From Scenedesmus sp. PABB004 (Eukaryota), in assembly GCA_014905635.1 (NCBI GenBank), contig JABVCE010000009.1, positions 930,001 to 994,000 of the forward strand: a DNA stretch of 64,000 nt, in the 5' to 3' direction. The notes under the pieces were generated by a model. The model was not told the DNA's origin. It did no database searches and saw only the letters and a list, made by a program, of their open reading frames with translations. This document shows positions 47,626-57,768 of this stretch, piece by piece. How positions within the stretch are numbered: position 1 is the first letter of the stretch; every line of letters starts with the position of its first letter. Made by a program: the position numbers and the translations under genes.

Positions 47626-48013
47626 CGGCGGCGGCGCGCGCGCGCGGCGGTGGCAGCGCCGCGCACGCGCGCCGCGCGCCCGCGGCGCCGGGGCGCCCCC
47701 GGGGCGCCCCGGCAGCCCCCATCCCCCCAGCCGCCGGTGTTGAGACCACCGGCCGGCGCTCCCACGGCGGTAGCGAGGCCGGGGAGCACGCCCACTGCCA
47801 CGAGCTGGGGCGGAGGCACGAGCTGTCGTCGCGGAGTTGCCTGGGCGCCGGGAGCACGGCTGCAGCTGACCCGGCCAACCACCGCGGTGCGGCGGCTCAC
47901 TCTCTCGAAGCTCACGGCCGCCGCGCCCGGCCGCCGCCGCGCCCGCCGCCGCGCCCGCCGCCGCGCGCGGCGCTGCTACCCCTGCCGGCCCCACGCCCGC
48001 GCCCGCTGCGCTG

Positions 48014-48047
<34 letters not shown>

Positions 48048-48725
48048 CCGCCGCCGCCGGCCGCCGCGGCCGCCGCCGCCGCGACGAGCGCGTCGTTGCC
48101 CGCCCCCGGCCGCGTCTTGCCCGCGATGCGCGTAGCGTGCTCGGGGTGGCGGTGCGGCGCTCTCGCGGTGTCGGCGGCGCGATCTCGCTGCGCTGGTGCC
48201 GTGCCGGGCGGGCGAGCGGTCGAGGTGCTTGAGCCCGCGCCCCCAGCTCGTTTGCCGCTCGCCTGCGCGCGCGCTGCTCACGGCCGCGCTGCGATCATCG
48301 CCCCGCCCTCCTCCCGTCCCGCCTCTCCTACCGACCGATCGCGCCCGCGCTGCGAAGGCGCCCGCTCCCGCAGCCAACCGCCGGCCCGCCAGGCGCTCAC
48401 CAGGTGCGCGGGTGGGCGCACGCGACGCGGGAGCGACGCCGGAGGCGCGCGGGCGCGCCAGGGGGCCCGCCGCGCCGGCCGGCAGCAGCGCGCGCGGCAG
48501 GCCCCGGGGCGCGGCGCGAGGGCGGCCCGGGCGCACCCGCCAGCCAAGCGCAGACCGCGCCCGATCGCGGCGCACGGCCGGCGGCGGCGACGCGGCGCGG
48601 CCCGCACGGCGCGCGGCGGCCACTGGCGCTGCCGCGTGCTGCTGCCGCGCGCGGCGGGGGCGGCGCGCCGACGCTGCCCGCGCACGCACGCGCGCAGGCC
48701 AGAACAGCGCGGCGTGCCAGCGGCC

Positions 48726-49659
48726 ATGGCGACCGAGAAGAAGGCCCCCGTGTTCAAGGCGCGGCCGCCGCTGCCGCATGCGCGCGCGGCAGCGAGGGCT
48801 GCCGTCGCTGCGAGGGCCGCAGGGCCGCGGCCGCGACCGGGCGGGCGCGCCGCCGCCGTGCCGCGCAGAACGTGGCCGACCTGCGGCCGGGCACGCACAA
48901 CCACAACCTCAAGGTCAAGGTGCGCAAAGCCCCGGCCCAGCGGCGGGCGCGGCGCAGCGCGCAGGGGCCGCCGGCGGCCCACCGCGCCGCCGCTCCGCCC
49001 CATGCACGCACACGCCCACGCACTCACACCCGCACGCGCCACCGGCGGCCGCAGGTGATGAAGGCGCAGATCGTGGTCGACCGCCCCCGCGGGCCCAAGG
49101 GCACGCCGCTGCGCGTGGCCGAGTGCATCGTCGGCGACGCGAGCGGCTGCATCGTGTTCACCGCGCGCAACGAGCAGGGTGCGCGCACCGGCAGCGCACC
49201 GCCGCGCCGCGCCGCACCACGCAGCCGCGCCGGCCGCGCGGGCCTCTCGCCGCGGCGCCGCCGCCGCCGCCGCGGCGCCGCCGGCCTCACGCCCGCGCGC
49301 GCGCGCCGCGCCGCGCCGCGGCGCACACCCCACACAGTCGAGCTCGCGACCGTGGGCGCGTACGTGACGCTGCGCAACGCCAAGATCGATATGTACCGCG
49401 GCTCGATGCGGCTAGCGGTGGACCAGTGGGGCAAGGTGGAGGCGCTCGAGGGCGCGTCGTTCGAGCCCAAGGTGCGCTGCGGCGGCGGCAGCGGCGGCGG
49501 CGGCGCGCGGCGCGCGGGCGCAGGGAGGCGGGGCGCCGCGCGCGGGGAGGGCGCCGCCCGAGCAGCGCCCGCCCGCCGCGCGCGCAGGCGGACAACAACC
49601 TGTCCCTGGTGGAGTACGAGCTGGTCACGGTGCCGGGCGAGACGCCCGCGGCCTCGTAG
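48726..49659 (+). CDS. Small OB-fold nucleic-acid-binding protein (At4g28440-like), 5 exons
   Basis: MATEKKAPVFK|NVADLRPGTHNHNLKVK|V...RVAECIVGDASGCIVFTARNEQ|VELATVGAYVTLRNAKIDMYRGSMRLAVDQWGKVE...|ADNNLSLVEYELV. Confidence 0.9.
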
Positions 49660-50121
49660 GCCACCCCAGCCGCGCAGGCGCCGGCGTGGGCGCCGGCGGG
49701 GTGCCGGCGTGGGCGCCGGCGGGGCGGGAGCGGCCCCGCGGTCGGCGGCCGGCGTGGCGGCGCAGCAGCAGCTCCTCCTCGTGGTTGGTCTGGCTGCGGG
49801 CAGGGAGAGCTGAGCGCCCTCTCTGATCTGTCGTGCGCCTTGCATGCACTGGTTGCCGAGGGGGCCCTGGGCTCGCGCAGCGCCGCGTGTGGGGCCCGCA
49901 GTTGGCGCGGCGGCGGGCCCTACAGGGCGTCCAGCGAGCGCGCGCGCATCGGGCGCTTGTTACCCTCCCGACCCGACACAAGCCTGGGAGCGGCGTCGGC
50001 CGCACCAGCCCCGCGCAGCCCGCCGCGCCGCGCCGCCGCGCCAGCCAGCCGCGCCAGCGACCTGCGCGCGCCGGCCAGGCCCCCGCGCTCGTGCGCCCGT
50101 TCGCGCGCGGCGCTCGCTCGC

Positions 50122-51690
50122 TCAGTGCGCGCCCGCGGCGAGGCCCGGCTGCGCCGCGGGGCCGGGCGGGGGCGGCTCCGCGCTGCCGGCCGAGGCGCGG
50201 CGCTTCTTGGCCGCGACCTCTTCGTCCGTGAGGGGAAGGTAGTAGAGGCAGGGCTTGGCTGCGGTCTTGCGGAACAGGTCGTCCAGCGTCAGCCCGCCGT
50301 CCTCCTCCTCGCCCGCCGGCGGCGCGGCGGCCGCCGGCGCGCCGCGCCCGCGCACGCCGCCCTCGCGCGGCGCGGCCGCGGCCGCCGCGGCGGCGGGCGG
50401 CGGGCCGGCGCTGCCGCCGCGCGGCGCCGGCGCGGGCTCCAGCGCGGGCTCGGGCTCGGGCTCCGGCTCGGGCTCGGGCTTTGGCTCCTCCCCGTGCTCC
50501 AGCGCGTGCGCCGCGAGGTCGAGGGGGATGAACTCCAGCGACAGCTGCCCGCGGTTGCCCGGCGGCCACGCCGCGCCCTGCAGCGCGGCGCGCGTCGCGT
50601 GCGCGTGGGCGGGCTCCTTGAAGAGCGCCCACGCCACGTCCTTGACCTTGGTGAGCTGCAGCTGCAGCACCACGCCCGTCTCGGCCAGCTTGTCCTGCAG
50701 CGCCTGCGCCGTGAACGGGCGCTTCAGCCCGCGCACGCGCAGCGCGGCGGTCGCGTCGTCGGGAGGCGCACCCGCCGCCGCGACCGCCGCCGCGACGGCC
50801 GCCTCCTGGTCGGCGGTGGGCGCGGACGGCGCGGGCGCGGCGCCGCTGCCCCCGCGCGCGAGCTCGCGGCTCGCCGTGCGCGCCGCCGGCAGCGGGATGG
50901 GCGCGTGCTTGCGCTTGCGCTCGCTGCTCGCCGCCGCGTCCTCGGCGCTGGCGTCCGGCGCCGCCGCCGGCGCGACGGCGGCGGCCGGCGCGGCGGCGGC
51001 GGCCGGCGCGGCGGCGGCGGCCGGCGCGGCGGTCGGCGCCGGCGCCGGCGCCGGCGCCGGCTTGGCGCGCTGCTCCGGCACGGGGATGGGCGTGCGTTTG
51101 CTGCGCTTCGCGCCGGCGGTCGCGGGCGCCTCGTCCGCGGGCGCTTGGCCGCGGGCGTCGCCGCGCCGGGCTGCTGCTCCGCCGCGTCGCCCGCGTCCGG
51201 GTCCTCAAAGTCGAGCAGCTCCTCCGCCGGCGGCGGCGTCGGCTCCTTGGCCGGTGTCGGCGCCTTTGCCGGCGGCGGCGTCGGCTCCTTGGCCGGCGGC
51301 GGCGTTGGCTCCTTTGACGGCGGCGGCGTCGGCTCCCTGGCTGCTGCTGGCGGCTCCTCGGCAGCGGCGGGCGGCGGGTCGGCCTCGCGCGCTGCGCTCG
51401 CCTCGGGCACCACCGGCATCGCCGCCGCCGCCGCCGCGTCGTCGTCGGGCGCGCCCCCGGCCTGCCGAGGCGGCGGCGGGCGCGGTGGGTCGGCGGCGGC
51501 GCCTGCGGCCGCGCCGCGAGCAGCGGGTGGCGCCGCGAGCAGCAGCAGCAGCGCGCACCTCTGCCTCCACCGCCTCCGTCAGGCGCGCCGCAAGCACTGC
51601 CTTCAAGCCCGTCACCGGCAGGCCTCGCTTCTTGAGCTCATCCTTCAGCTCCGCCACCTTGAGGCCGGCTATCCAGTCGGTGGAGGCCAT
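50122..51690 (-). CDS. Acinus-like protein (SAP domain + RRM + RSB motif); apparent 1-nt frameshift at ~51140
   Basis: SAP: LKVAELKDELKKRGLPVTGLKAVLAARL; RRM: LRVRGLKRPFT...LQGAAWPPGNRGQLSLEF; RSB motif: LTLDDLFRKTAAKPCLYYLPLTDEEV. Confidence 0.88.
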
Positions 51691-52139
51691 GGCTGAAAGG
51701 CCCCGCACGATCGGCCCCCCCGCGCCCGCCCGCGGGCCTGAGCGCTGGCGCTGAGGCGCGAGGCGGCTCTCCTGGAGCGTGGGTTCACCGGGGGACGCCC
51801 GCCCAGCAGCGCACGGGGGCACAGGCGCGCGGAGAGGCGCAGAGGCGGTGTGATGGCGCTCGGCACTCAAGACGGGCTGCGGGCTGCTGTCTCGGCGCCG
51901 GCTTGGCCAGCGCAGCAGCAACTGGGCGCGTGACAGAGGTGCGAGGGGCGCACGAGTTTTAACAACATTGAGCAACAACATTGAGCAGCAGGCTGCTCAA
52001 CTGGCAGCAGCGTTCATTCGAGCAGGCGAACGCGCGCGCACACGCACCCAGGCTCCCCTGCGAGCGAGCGCGACGCTGCCACAGCGCCGGCGGCAGCGCA
52101 CGCGAGCACGCCGCGCAGCAGCAGCAAACGGTCTTCGCG

Positions 52140-54651
52140 ATGGAGTGGCTCTCCAACGTCGGCAATCTGGTCCTCGGGACGGGAGGGGATGCAGAGACCA
52201 AGCCGGAGCCCGGCGGCGTGGCGATCGTGGCCAACGCGGCGAGCAGGTGGGGGCGCTGCGCCGCATCGCCCCGCCCGACGCGCGCCCACGGCCGCCCAGG
52301 CCGCCCGGGCGCCCGCCCACGCACGCCCCGTCCCGTCTCCCACTCCCAGCAGCGACGGCGGCGCGGACGCGGCCGCGCAGGCTGCGCTGGCCGAGGAGGA
52401 GCTCGCGGCGCTGGGCCTGGGCGACTCGCGCGACGGCTACCTCGCCGAGGTGCGGCGCCAGCAGACAGGCCGGCCCGCCGTCCGTCCATGCGCGCCGGCG
52501 GCGGTCGCCGCGGGCGCGCCGCCGCCAGCTGGCGGCCGGCGCGGCGCCGGGCGACCGCGCTGCGCTGCGCCGCGCGCGCCGCGCGCGCCCGCAGGTCGGC
52601 AAGGTGCTGCTGCAGCCCTCCAAGATCGGAAAGTACATCGGCATGGACATGACGAGCATCGCGAGCGTGCCGCTCTTCATCAACGAGCCGTTCAGCATGC
52701 TGCAGAAGATGGCCGAGATCATGGAGTACACCGCGCTGCTCGACGCCGCCAACGCGGCGGAGGACCCCTTCGAGCGGTGCGCACGATGGGGCAGCGCGGC
52801 GCGGCGGCGGGGCTGCGGCGGGGCGGGGCAACGGCGGCGCGGCGCCGCGCGCGGCGGCCGGGTCGGCGGCGGAGCTCGCGCGCGGCCGGCGCGCGACGCG
52901 GCGCGACGACGCGCCCGCGCCGCTGCCTCGCAGGCTCGCGCTCGTCGCGGCGTTCCTGGTGTCGCCGTTTGGCGCCGCCGAGCGCACGTGGCGGCCGTTC
53001 ACGCCGCTGCTGGGCGAGACGTTTGAGCTGGAGGCGCTCGGCAGCGGCGTGCGCTTCCTGGCTGAGCAGGCGCGCCGCCCGCGGCCGCGCACGCACCCTC
53101 ACACGCGGGCCGGCGGGCGGGCGGCCACCGCGCCGCGCCGCACCGGCGACGCGGCCCCGCGCGCCGCCGGCCGACCGCGTGTGCGCGCGCCGCCGCCGTG
53201 CCGCGCCGCGCGCGCCGCCGCCGCAGGTGTCGCAGCAGCCGCCGGTGAGCGTCGCGCACGCGGAGAGTGGCGCGTTTACGTATGACATCGTCAGCGCGCC
53301 GGCGACCAAGTTCCAGGGCAACAGCCTGGAGGTCTACCCCAAGGGTGCGCCCGCGGCGCGCGCGGGGCCGCCCCACCAGCGCGCCCGGCCCGGCGGCGCG
53401 CGAGCGCGAGCCCGGCAGCACGCGGCGGTGGCGCTGACCCGCGCCGCCCGCGCCGCCCGCGCCGCCGCCGCCAGGCCGCACGCGCATCACGCTGCGCCGC
53501 ACGGGCGAGCTGTTCAGCCACGTGCCGCCGCAGGCCAAGGTGCACAACCTGGTGCTCGGGCGCACCTGGATCGACTCGTTCGGCACCTTCCTGGTCACCA
53601 ACAACGCCACGGGTGCGGCGCCGGGGGACGCAGCGGCGGCAGCGGCGGCGCCAGCAGCGGCGGCGCGCGCGCGGAGACGGTTGGGCGGCGCGCCGACGGC
53701 CCGCCGCCGCGCGCGCAGGCGACAAGGTGCAGCTGGACTTCAAGCCGTGCGGCTGGTTTGGCGCAGGGCAGTACGAGTTTGACGGCCACGTGCTTGACGC
53801 GGCCGGCAACGCGCGCAGCGTGCTGAGCGGCAAGTGGAACAGCCACGTCGACCTCACGCCCTGCGGCGCCGACGGCGCGCCGGCCGAGGGCGCGGAGCCG
53901 CGGCGGCTGTGGACGTGCGCGGCCAAGCCAGAGGACGACCCGTACGGCTGCACGCACTTCGCGTGGGACCTCAACAGCTGCAAGTGCGCACGCGGTCCTG
54001 CGTGGGCGCCTGCTCGAGCGCCAGCTGCGGCGGCGGCGCAGCGGCGCTCACGGTCACGCTGCGTGCGTCCCGCGCCGCAGGTTCCTCTCCAAGCCGCCGC
54101 TCGCGAGCGACAGCCGGCGGCGCGGCGACCGGCACGCGCTGGAGAAGCGGGAGCTGTCGGCGGCGGGCGCGGAGAAGGCGGCGCTGGAGGAGCGCGAGCG
54201 CGGCGCCAAGAAGGTGCGGCACACGCAGCGCCCCTCGCCCCGGGGCGGCTGCAGCGTGCCGCGGCTGGGGCCACGCGCCGACAGCCGCCGCCGACCGCTG
54301 CCGCCGCCGCCGCCGCGGCGCAGGCGCAGGAGGAGCGCGGGCAGGAGTGGCAGGCGCGCTGGTTCGAGCCGGCGCCGGACATGCAGGTGCTGCCCGGCGA
54401 GGAGCCGGCGGACGTGGTGCCGCTGTGGCGCTGGAACGGGCGCTACACGCAGACGCGCGACGGCATGCCCGCGGGCGAGGGCAGCTGGCAGGGTGAGGCC
54501 GCGCCGCCGCCGCCGGCGCCGGGGCTGCGCTGCGCAGAGGGGGGGGCATGCTTGCAGCGCCGCGCCGCGACGGCCCTGCGCCCGCCGCGCCGCCGCCGCC
54601 GCAGACGAGGTGTGCGGCAAGGGCTTCAATTTTCCCGATGAGGAGCTGTGA
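52140..54651 (+). CDS. Oxysterol-binding-protein-related protein (ORD-only, plant ORP3-like), multi-exon
   Basis: KYIGMDMTSIASVPLFINEPFSMLQKMAEIMEY, RTWRPFTPLLGETFE, FLAEQ|VSQQPP, KVHNLVLGRTWID, FKPCGWFG, LSGKWN, SDSRRRGDRHALE and EKAALEERER. Confidence 0.92.
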
Positions 54652-55248
54652 GCTGCGAGCGCTGGGCAGCGGGCGCAGCGGCGCCCAGCCGCGCCGCGGC
54701 GCAAGCAGCAGCGCGTGGGCGCGGCCTGGCGGCCTCGCCGGCAATTTAGACCAGGACCACCCAGACCGCTGCAGCGAATTTGTGACCTCCCTTCGCCCCT
54801 GCCAGCCCGCGGCTGCGCCAAGCCGCGCGCTGCAGGCGGCCGCCGCTGCGCTTCCCTTGCAGCAGCCGGGCTGCAAAGCGCGGCGCCGGACGGACGACCC
54901 CCGGGGGCGCACTTGAGCGTGGGCCGGGGGTTTGGGGGCTGCGGCTGCGGCGTGCCGCCGCGGCCGTGCGCGCGCGGGCAGGCCGCGCAGCGTGCGACTG
55001 CACTGGCCTGCTATGTAGATGTGCCCGCTGCCACACGCCGGCCCTTCGACACGTGTGTGTTACGATAATGCGGCATGCCCCACACGACGGGGCGCCGTGC
55101 CGAGCTTTGGAAGGCAGCGGGGCGCCCCGCTGCCGACGGCGCCCTGACCGCGCGCGCGCGACGCCAATAACGGCAGCTGCGGGCGACGAGGCAGCTGCGC
55201 CCTGCAACGTTGCGTCGCGAGCCCGTTGGTTACGCCCGCCCGCGCGCC

Positions 55249-57451
55249 TCACTTCCGCGCCGCCGCGAGCGCCGCCTCGAGCTCCGCGACGCGCGCCCGC
55301 AGCGCCGCGACCTCCGCCTCCAGCGCCGCCTCGCGCCCGCCGCCGCCGCCCAGGGCCGCCGGCGGCGGCACGTACGGCGTGAGCAGGTTTTTGCTGAACG
55401 CCCGCAGCGCGTCGACGCCCCGCACCTGGCGCGGGAGCAGCGGCGGCGCGAGGTCAGCCGCCCGCCCGCACGCGCGCACCGGTGCCGCCCGCCGCCCCCG
55501 CCCGCGCAGCGCCGCCGCGTCCGCCCCGCGCCCCCGCCCGCGCAGCGCCGCCGCCGTCGCCCGCTCGCGCCCACACAGCGCGTCCGCACCTCCTCCTCCA
55601 GCAGCGGCAGCTTGACGAGGTGGAAGTCCTCGTAGAGGTCGTGGAACTGGGCGAGGTACTTGGCCTGCATTCGCACGCGCGCCTCCAGCAGCCGCGACCC
55701 GCCCGCTGCGTGCGCGCAAGCCGGCGGCAGCGGCCGCCGCGCGCGTGAGGGGCGGGCGCGCGCGCGCGCGTCGCACGGCGGCGCCGGCGGCTGCCGCGGC
55801 GCGCGCCTCGGGCCGCGTGCGCTGTGGTCGCGCCCTGTGCCGCGCGCACGCACCCGCCTCTGGGAAGATGAGCTGGTTGATGACGATGTTGCGCACGTCG
55901 ATCTCGTACCGCGCCAGCTCCTGGTTGGGCGAACACGCGACGACGACCAAAGACGCGGCGGCGCGCACACACGCAGGCGCGGCGCGCGTGTGGGTGCAAC
56001 GCGTGCGCGCCGCCGCCGCGCGGCGCCAGCCCCAGCCTGCCGCCGCGCCAGCCCCGGCACGCGCGGCGGCCGCGCCTGCACGAGGCGCTCGGTCTCGTAG
56101 AGGGAGAGGAACTCTGGGATGCACACGCCGACAAAGGTGGTCTGCCCCGGGTCCTTGAACTGCTCGTTCACGCGGCGCACCACGTCGAGCATGCCCTCCA
56201 TCTTGCCCACCACCTAGGAGCGGAGTGGCCAAGCCAGGCAGGGAGCGTGGGAGGGCGGGAGCGTGGGAGGTGGGAGGGCAGGGAGGGCAGGGAGGCGGGG
56301 AGGCGGGGAGGCAGGGGGGGCAGGGCGGCGCGCGGCGGCGCGCCTGGTCCGCGATGTTCTCGTCGCCGGCGCCCATGCCCATCATGCGCGTCACCTGGGG
56401 GCGCGGCATGCGGCGCGCGGGGCGCGCGGCTGCTGGGCCCGCAGCGGCCGCTGCCCGCCGCCGCGCCGCCGCCGCGGCGCCGCGCCGCGCGGCGCCGCCG
56501 CTGCCGCCCAAGAGAGCACCCAGCCCCGCCGCGCGCGAGCCCAGCCCCGCGGCGCGCCCCGTGCCTGCCCCATCATGGTGCCCATGGTTCCCTTGAGGGC
56601 CATGAGCTTGCCGAGGCCCTTCTCGAGCAGCGTGGGGAAGTTGAGCAGGCGCAGCGTGTGTCCCGTCGGCGCGGTGTCAAAGACGATGACGCTGTAGTCC
56701 ATGCTCTGCACCTGCTTCAGCACCTGCGCCGCGTTGCGATCCGCGCGCGCAGCAGGAGGGAGGCCGGTGAGCGCGGGGGAGGACAGCGCGGCGGGCGCCC
56801 GCCGCCGCGCGCGCGGTGCCGCTTTTCGCGCGCCTCGGCGAAGCTCATCGCCTCGTCGATGCCGGGGATGCTGCTGGCCAGCTCGGTCATGAACCCGTCC
56901 TGGGCCCACTCCATGCCCTCCAGGTCGCTCGTGTCTGGCGTGGGGTCGACCTCCTGCGAGGGCGCGCGGCGGCGCGCGCGACAGCGGCGCGGCCGGCTCG
57001 CGGCAGAAGAAGCTTCTCCCGGCCGCGCGGCGCGGCCGCCCGCCGCCGCGCATGCATGCGGGCGCCGGCTGCGCGGCGGGCGACTGCGGCGCAGGGGCCA
57101 GCCCGCTGTGTGTGCGCGCTGCCGCTGCTGGCGCCGGCGCGCGCGTGGCAGCGCCGTTGCCGCCAGCGCCGCCGCGTCCGCCGCTGCTCCCGCGCGCACC
57201 ATCGCGTAGAGGTTGGTGAACCCCTGCACCGCGCTGGGCGTCTTGGTGAACTTCTGGCGGAACGCGTCGCTCAGGTTGTGCGCGGGGTCGGTGGAAATGA
57301 TGAGCACGCTCTCCCGCGCCGCCGCGAGCGCGACGGCGAGGCTGCTCGAGCACGTCGTCTTGCCCACGCCGCCCTTGCCGCCCACCCAGATCCACTTCAG
57401 GCTGGTCTGGTCCAGAATGTTCTGCAGCGTTGGGTCGGGCGCGTCCTCCAT
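55249..57451 (-). CDS. GET3: GET3/TRC40/ArsA-family ATPase (cytosolic GET3a-like), multi-exon
   Basis: [81 protein letters not shown] and [12 protein letters not shown]. Confidence 0.95.
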
Positions 57452-57768
57452 GGCGGCGGCCGCGGCGGGAGCAGCGCTGATGGGCGGCAGCGGCAGCGGC
57501 GGGCACGCGCGCTGGGCGGTTGGGCGTGACGTGGGGACGTGGAGCGCGGCGAGTGGACGGTGCTGCGGCCACAGCGGCAGGCGGCGGCCGTCAGTTTGTG
57601 ACGCCCGTCGCTCGAGCGCCGTTCGACCGCTCGGCCGACATGCCGGTCAGCCGCTCCTGCGCGCCCGACCATCCCCCAGACCTGCATCCCACCAGCCGCA
57701 GACCGCCACCGTGAGCTGCCCCGCTGCGGCGAACCGAGTCAACAACACGCTTGCAGCTGCGCGGCGCG

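Noticed and set aside
46360..48725. Complete autonomous transposon around the Fanzor
   Set aside because: I could not identify a transposase/helicase ORF, terminal inverted repeats or a target-site duplication.
55249..57451. Arsenite-resistance ArsA
   Set aside because: A single-domain, intron-containing protein with GET3/TRC40 motifs and no ars operon context.
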